From Alloascoidea hylecoeti (lineage: Eukaryota), in the NCBI GenBank assembly GCA_001600815.1, contig BCKZ01000033.1:62001-126000 (forward strand): a stretch of DNA of 64,000 nucleotides, written 5' to 3'. The translations under genes were made by a program, and so were the position numbers. Of this stretch, positions 58,065 to 64,000 are shown one piece after another (position 1 is the stretch's first letter; every line of letters starts with the position of its first letter). The notes under the pieces were generated by a model, which worked only from the letters and a program-made list of their open reading frames with translations, was not told where the DNA came from and ran no database searches.

Positions 58065-61000
58065 ATGAAAGATTTAACTCCAAGTTTGGCTTCGTTAATC
58101 CAACAAAGAAACTCTGAATTACGTCTGGTCAAGCAAAGTCTATTAAATGCTCTTTTATCTGATTTTACCACACATACTAATGTATGTTCATTTTTAACTA
58201 TTAAACTTTTTCTTTTTATACTCACTAACTTCTCACTAAGACACAAACATCTGAAATAAACATTCAGACTTCCAAAAAACTTAAACCCGATAAAGGAAGT
58301 AAATCTCAATCTCCAAAAAATAGAAATAAAAAAAAACCTTCAAGATATTTTAATGCTCCTTCAGCTTCACCTGAACCGGTTACTAATCATTCAAAATCAA
58401 AACCAAAAGGGAAATCAAAATCAAAATCGAAATGGAAATCAAAGTCAAAGTTAAAATCAAAGTCTAAATCCAACAGTAATTTTAATAATAGTAATAGTAG
58501 TAACAGTAATAATCATGACAATAACAATAGTAACAATAATAAATCTCCGGAACATTTTCAATCTTCAACCCAAACTTATAGTGATGACTTCTTATTATCC
58601 TCGCCAATGTATTCTAATGAATCACTGTCATTATCATCGACTGATAGAAATTTAATGATTCCACCAATAGATCAAGAAATCATTAAAAGAACTGAAGAAG
58701 CAATTAAAATTGAACTAAAGAAAATTAAAGATACTGAGAAACAAATTTTGGACGAATTAATCAAACAGAGAATTGAAGTTCTAAAATACAAAAATAGTGG
58801 TCAAAACTCCATGCCAATCAAAGAATTTCACAATTTTGAGTCAATCTTCGAAAATAAAGATATTAATAATGTTAATGAAAGAATCGATGAATTTATGAAT
58901 TCTGTAATGACAACCGATTCTGCTTTAATCCCATATATTGAATCATATAATAAACAACATCAAGATAATTTAAATGAAGGGGAAGATATAAATGAAAAGA
59001 AATCCCCAAATTCAAACTTGAAATCCTATGATTATGATGATGAGAATTATAAAGAAACATATAATTGTTCTTTTACTGATACTTGTATTGGATCCATTAA
59101 TTATGACGATCAAAGTTATTTAACTGCTAATTCAATTCAAAATTCTCCATTGCATAATCATGACGATCTAAACGATTCTTTTGTTACGGCCTCTTTACCC
59201 ATTCACACATCATCTCAAAAATCTAGTAATAAAAATCTGAAAGACTCAGTATTAAGGTCGTCGATAAGCCATCAAGAATACAAGGAATATAACGATAATG
59301 ATGAGGATTATAAAGAAACATATAACTGTGCTTTCACTGACCCAATAAATTTTGATGACTACCATTCAATTATTAATGATATAGATGCCTCTGATTTAAA
59401 CATAAATTCACCTGTTAATATATCAGATATTGATATTTCTAATAATAATTATGATTCATCTACTAAAAAATCCAAATCTAAATCGCCTATACAAAAATAC
59501 AGAGAAAATTATGATCAATCTAGATCATCGTTTAATAAACATGATTTATTTACTAAAGAATCAGAATCAAAATCTCCTATGCGAAAATACAAAGCAAATT
59601 ATGATCAGCCTGGATCATCATCAAAAAATGATAATAATAGTGTGAATTCTTATGAATCTCAAGCCAAGTTATCTATTGCTTCTTCTAAATCAAATCCCAT
59701 AGCTCAAGTTAATGAATTACAAGCGGAAGCATTAACTCAATCGTCCAACGCGAATGAATATCAATCATCGATAAAATCACTGATCGAGAAAGCCAATTTA
59801 AACTCCAATTTAAATGTTGAATCTCCAAATACTAAAAATGAAGATAACGGCTCATCGAATTTATTATTTAATAGCTTTAAATCTATTATGTCATCTTCAA
59901 AGCAGACTGTTGTCACAACATCGTCATCATCTTCATCATCATCGATTGTTTCTAAATCAAATTCAAATAATAACGACAATGCCCATAACTCCAGTTACTT
60001 ATATAAAAGCTTTAAATCAATGTTGTCATCCTCACCTCGTGATTCAAAAGCTGCATCGGTTATAGATTCAAATTCCGCTGCCAGTATTCACAGTAACAAG
60101 AATAGTTTACCCTCCAAGTTAAACGTAAGGTATAATGATAATGATAATGATAATGAATTTGTTGATGCAATTGGCGATAATCAATCTATTGAGAATCAAA
60201 ATAAATACTCACCAATTACTGATTCATATAAAAATGATATTAATGGAAGCAACTTATTACATGATTCAGGGCATAAAAATAAATTATTCTCGTACTCAAA
60301 AGATCAAAATTCACGAGGATTAAGTTTCAATGAAACTAATACTAATAATAATAAAGGTAAACAAAAAGAGTATAATTTAATTCCAATAACAGAAACAACA
60401 TATTCTGATAATGATGATATTTCTGTTATTAATAATAATGAACCATTATTAGTTGAAGATAATGGATCGAGGAAAACTTATTTTACTGTAAATCCAAAAT
60501 TGTTAGGTAATAAAAATACAATACCTTTTATTGAAACTAGAAAATCAAGAAACTCAAAGTTTGGAAATTTCAGTAAATCACCATTGGAGAAGAATAATGT
60601 TAATACTTCTCCAAGAAAGTTGGGATCTGCTATTGGTTTGATTGGAAGGAACCCCAAGGATGATGACGATATTGATGAATCGATTAGTTCAAGTGATAGA
60701 AAATTTACTTCAGCAATTGGTTTAAAGGACAAAAGTAGTGATCATAAGCTTATTCAAAATGTCAGAAATTTAAAATCCGAAATAAGTAATACAAATCCGA
60801 TTACTACTGCTAATAATGGTATTGGTATCTACACTACTAATGTGGGAAGTCCAATAAGAGCATCATCACCAATATGCCAACCACTAAACAAATCACCGAT
60901 TTCAAACCTTCAAAAATCTCCAACCCAAATTAGTAATGATATTGATAATGCACCCAATATATCACCAAAACCGGCAGCAAGACCAATTAATTCATTTTTT

Positions 61001-64000
61001 AAAGAGAAGAGACATACTATCGCTTTTGTTGAAAAATCGTCTCCAAAAAGTAAAGTTGGGGATTTGAAAAAATTATTTGATGATAAACAAGAAATTAATA
61101 GATCTACATCACCAAATTTGCCATATCCAAAGCTATTCACATCCAGATCTCCATCACCAGTGGCTTCACCAGTCAATGCCGAATGGTCACCAGTCTCAAA
61201 TGATAATGATTATCATAATCTTTGGAGGCGGAAAAGTGCACCTGATCCATCAATTTTATTATTAAGTCCTGAAGATAATGCTTTAAAGACTGTTTCTTCA
61301 AACTCAACATTTAAAGAACTAAGACGCGAAGATGCAATTATAAGTCGACAAAGTAGATTTAACGGTGATGTCAGTGTTCCAAATCTTTTCGCTAAAAACA
61401 ATACCAATCTACCTCCTAGTCCAAGAAGCCCTAGAGCAAGAATAGGAAATAATAATTATCTAAATGGCTCTCGTTCTTCATCACCAAAAAGACTTAGCTC
61501 TCCAATTCGAGTTAGCAATATTAACTCAACTCCTCCAACTCTGAAAACTTTTGCAAACTTGGGTAGCAATAGAAAAAGTATTACTAGCAATAGCCCTACC
61601 ATGTCTAAAGACTCTACTATTTCAAAAATTGGTAATACAACTTTCAGTTCTGGTAACTCACCAACAAAAAATACTAGCAATATTTTCAATCCAAATTTAG
61701 CGTTAAGTAATCTATCAAGATTGAAATTAAATAATAATGATAATTATAACAGCAATAGCCATGAGTCTTTAACATTATCGAATTCAAGATCATCAACCAA
61801 CTTATCACCAAAACATTCAAGTTATAAATCATCTACATCTGGATCACCTACTACATCGTTGTATATTTCAAGAAAAGGTTTATCAAATGATGATGTTAAT
61901 ATAACAAGTACTATGAATCAGTCAAAAGTTGAAATATCATCTTTTGATAAAGAGGATTATGAAATAGACTACAATAATGAAGAAGAAGATAAATCTAAAT
62001 CACAAAGCTGTGAAACATCGCTATATTCACGACATGAGCTCTTATCATCATCAATAAATGATAACAATATTGAAAATAGTAATGATGATAATTTAGAATC
62101 TTCTAGAACTTCGGATCTTGGAGAAATTAGAACAGAAACAATTATGTCTGGTCACTCGCCATCAGTTACATCTGAATATTTAACAGATTCACAATCATTG
62201 ATTCCTTCAAATGTTTCTTCCAGCAGATCTGAAATAAGTTCAAATTCTCGCTATTCTTCTCCATCAAGGTATAATAATAATATAAGAGTAAACCCCAAAA
62301 GCGCTGTTGGTGCTTTATCGAATAGTACCATTAGTGGGACATCTTCTTCAAGATCCGGCTTTCATAATTCAGAATCAGAATCATCAATCTTAACAAGTAT
62401 TGACTCTAGGAATCCAGCACAGATTGAATCAGGATCCAGAAAGTTTACGTCATCAAGCTATTCAGAACTTAAAGCATCTAGTATTAATAAAGAAAATTCT
62501 AATGTTAGATTTTCACCTTCCAATTCTAAAAGTTCCGCAACTTCAACACCAAAGAATGGATCATTATTTCAACCAATTGCTTCCTTGAAGAATTCTGAGA
62601 CTAGTCATTCTCATTCACAATCTGATTTAAGATCCGCATCACAATTATCTGTACTAAATGATTATAAGTTGAGAAACTTATATATTAGTTATGGTGGTAG
62701 TGCACTATTTAAACCTGGATCATCTGAATTTTCTGAAAGAGGACCATATACTTCATTACAATCAAGGAATTCTAATCGTGATGATTTTAAAAATTCAAAA
62801 TCGACGTCAGCAGATAGTACCAGAATTAGAAATATGGATCAAGATACTGGTATGAGAATGTCGGAGTCTAATCAAGAGAAAATTATAAGAAATGATGATT
62901 TAGAGAGTATAGCTTTAAAACTATCAAGAAATTTTGATGATAATAACACTAGACCTAGTTCAAGTGATAACAATCATGAGATAATTGAAATTGAAGACGA
63001 TTTTGATAATCAATTTCAAATGAATAAAAACAAAAATACAGTAAGTGATTCAGGTAGTTCAAGAGCCCCGCACTCAGTTTTATCGTCATCAATATCATCC
63101 AAATCATCCATTGCAAGAAGTATTGATGGCTTAAGAAGTCAAGCCGAATTACAAATGCATGACTTATCATTAATTAGTAAGCCAATCTCAGAATCATCAA
63201 GTAAAAACTCGTCAACTTATTCACACTCTATAACTTCTGGGTCTAGTATAACTCATTCTGTTGGAACTGGAACAATAATTGGCCTGACAAACTCAGATAT
63301 TTCTAGTTCAATATCAGGATCCAGAAGAAATATATCTTCTCAACCATTGATTTTGGATGGAACAGAGACAATTATTTCAAGTGCTAATAAATTATCAACA
63401 ATTGGTAGTAGCTCTAAAGCTTCTTATAATTCGAATGATTTTACAAAATCTTTATCTTCTGAGATTTCGGCATCAAGAAATGGATCAATACTTACAGCTA
63501 AAAATGATAATGGCAATGATAATAGTATCAATAATGAAGTTGTTTCTTCAATAACTCAAGATGATAGCGTGTTTAAAAATATTAATAATGTTATTGAACC
63601 ACCTTTTTCTCCCCAGAATACTAAAACTACAAATGATAATAATAAATTAGATCCTTATGGTTCTCAATTTAATAAATTAAGATTAGGGAAAACATTTAGT
63701 TTAAAGGGTAAGAGATTGACAAGTAGTGATATCGGAAGGGCATTGGCAAGTGGTATTGGTAGAAACGAAATTACTACAACCACATCACGGATATCGGAAG
63801 AAAACAATAATATTCAAGAACCTCGAGTTTATCATACGGGTATTCCAACTTTATTTGGTAAAGAAAAACCGATCACAACAGGTTTTGGATTTCCAAATTA
63901 TAGTGATGAATTGAAAAGAATTAATGAAGAACTTAAAAGATTATCCGGTGAAGATTCATCTTCGGAAGTGAATACAACCACTGTCATTCCATTCAATGGG
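58065..64000 (+). CDS. Very large Ser/Asn-rich protein (>1900 aa), unknown function; intron 58182-58240; runs off window end
   Basis: Exon 1 MKDLTPSLAS...THTN; intron GTATGT...CACTAAC...AAG. Exon 2 starts TQTSEINIQ at 58241 and the same frame reads SEVNTTTVIPFNG at the window end. Only spot-checked in between. Confidence 0.75.

Noticed and set aside
1..64000. tRNA, rRNA, CRISPR arrays, centromere or telomere repeats
   Set aside because: None recognised by eye; short tandem repeats are coding microsatellites. tRNAscan and Rfam were not run.

Overview
Eukaryotic, AT-rich fungal chromosome segment, most likely a budding yeast with short spliceosomal introns. CUG sits at invariant Leu positions, so the standard code applies. 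Core genes in order: Bul1-like adaptor (partial), Gcn4/Cpc1-family bZIP, a giant Spo73-like dysferlin-domain protein, CK2 alpha, a domesticated BED-finger/hAT protein, Hrk1-like kinase, a small secreted Thr/Val protein, NIPA-type transporter, RPL20, FMP46-like, SPT10, TRK, NAT1, RTG1, SIR2/HST1, a small GPI-type protein, Nkp1/Fta4-like, and a >1900-aa Ser/Asn-rich ORF that runs off the window. Accessory stretches (about 2.7-8, 18.5-20.5, 25.7-36, 45.4-47.4 and 55.4-56.2 kb) hold four diverged DUF2408/Cub1-like copies (two intact, two broken), decayed gene fragments (ECM3-like, THR1, GPI gene tail, GCR1_C-like), a possible copia remnant, and several diverged direct and inverted repeats. Top observations: (1) the Gcn4-like frame has no AUG for about 210 codons and overlaps a single AUG uORF, implying non-AUG initiation or recoding; (2) local birth-and-death expansion of DUF2408; (3) sharp GC islands at promoters that cut through genes; (4) mosaic intergenic DNA built from host gene fragments. 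All family calls come from remembered motifs, not database searches.
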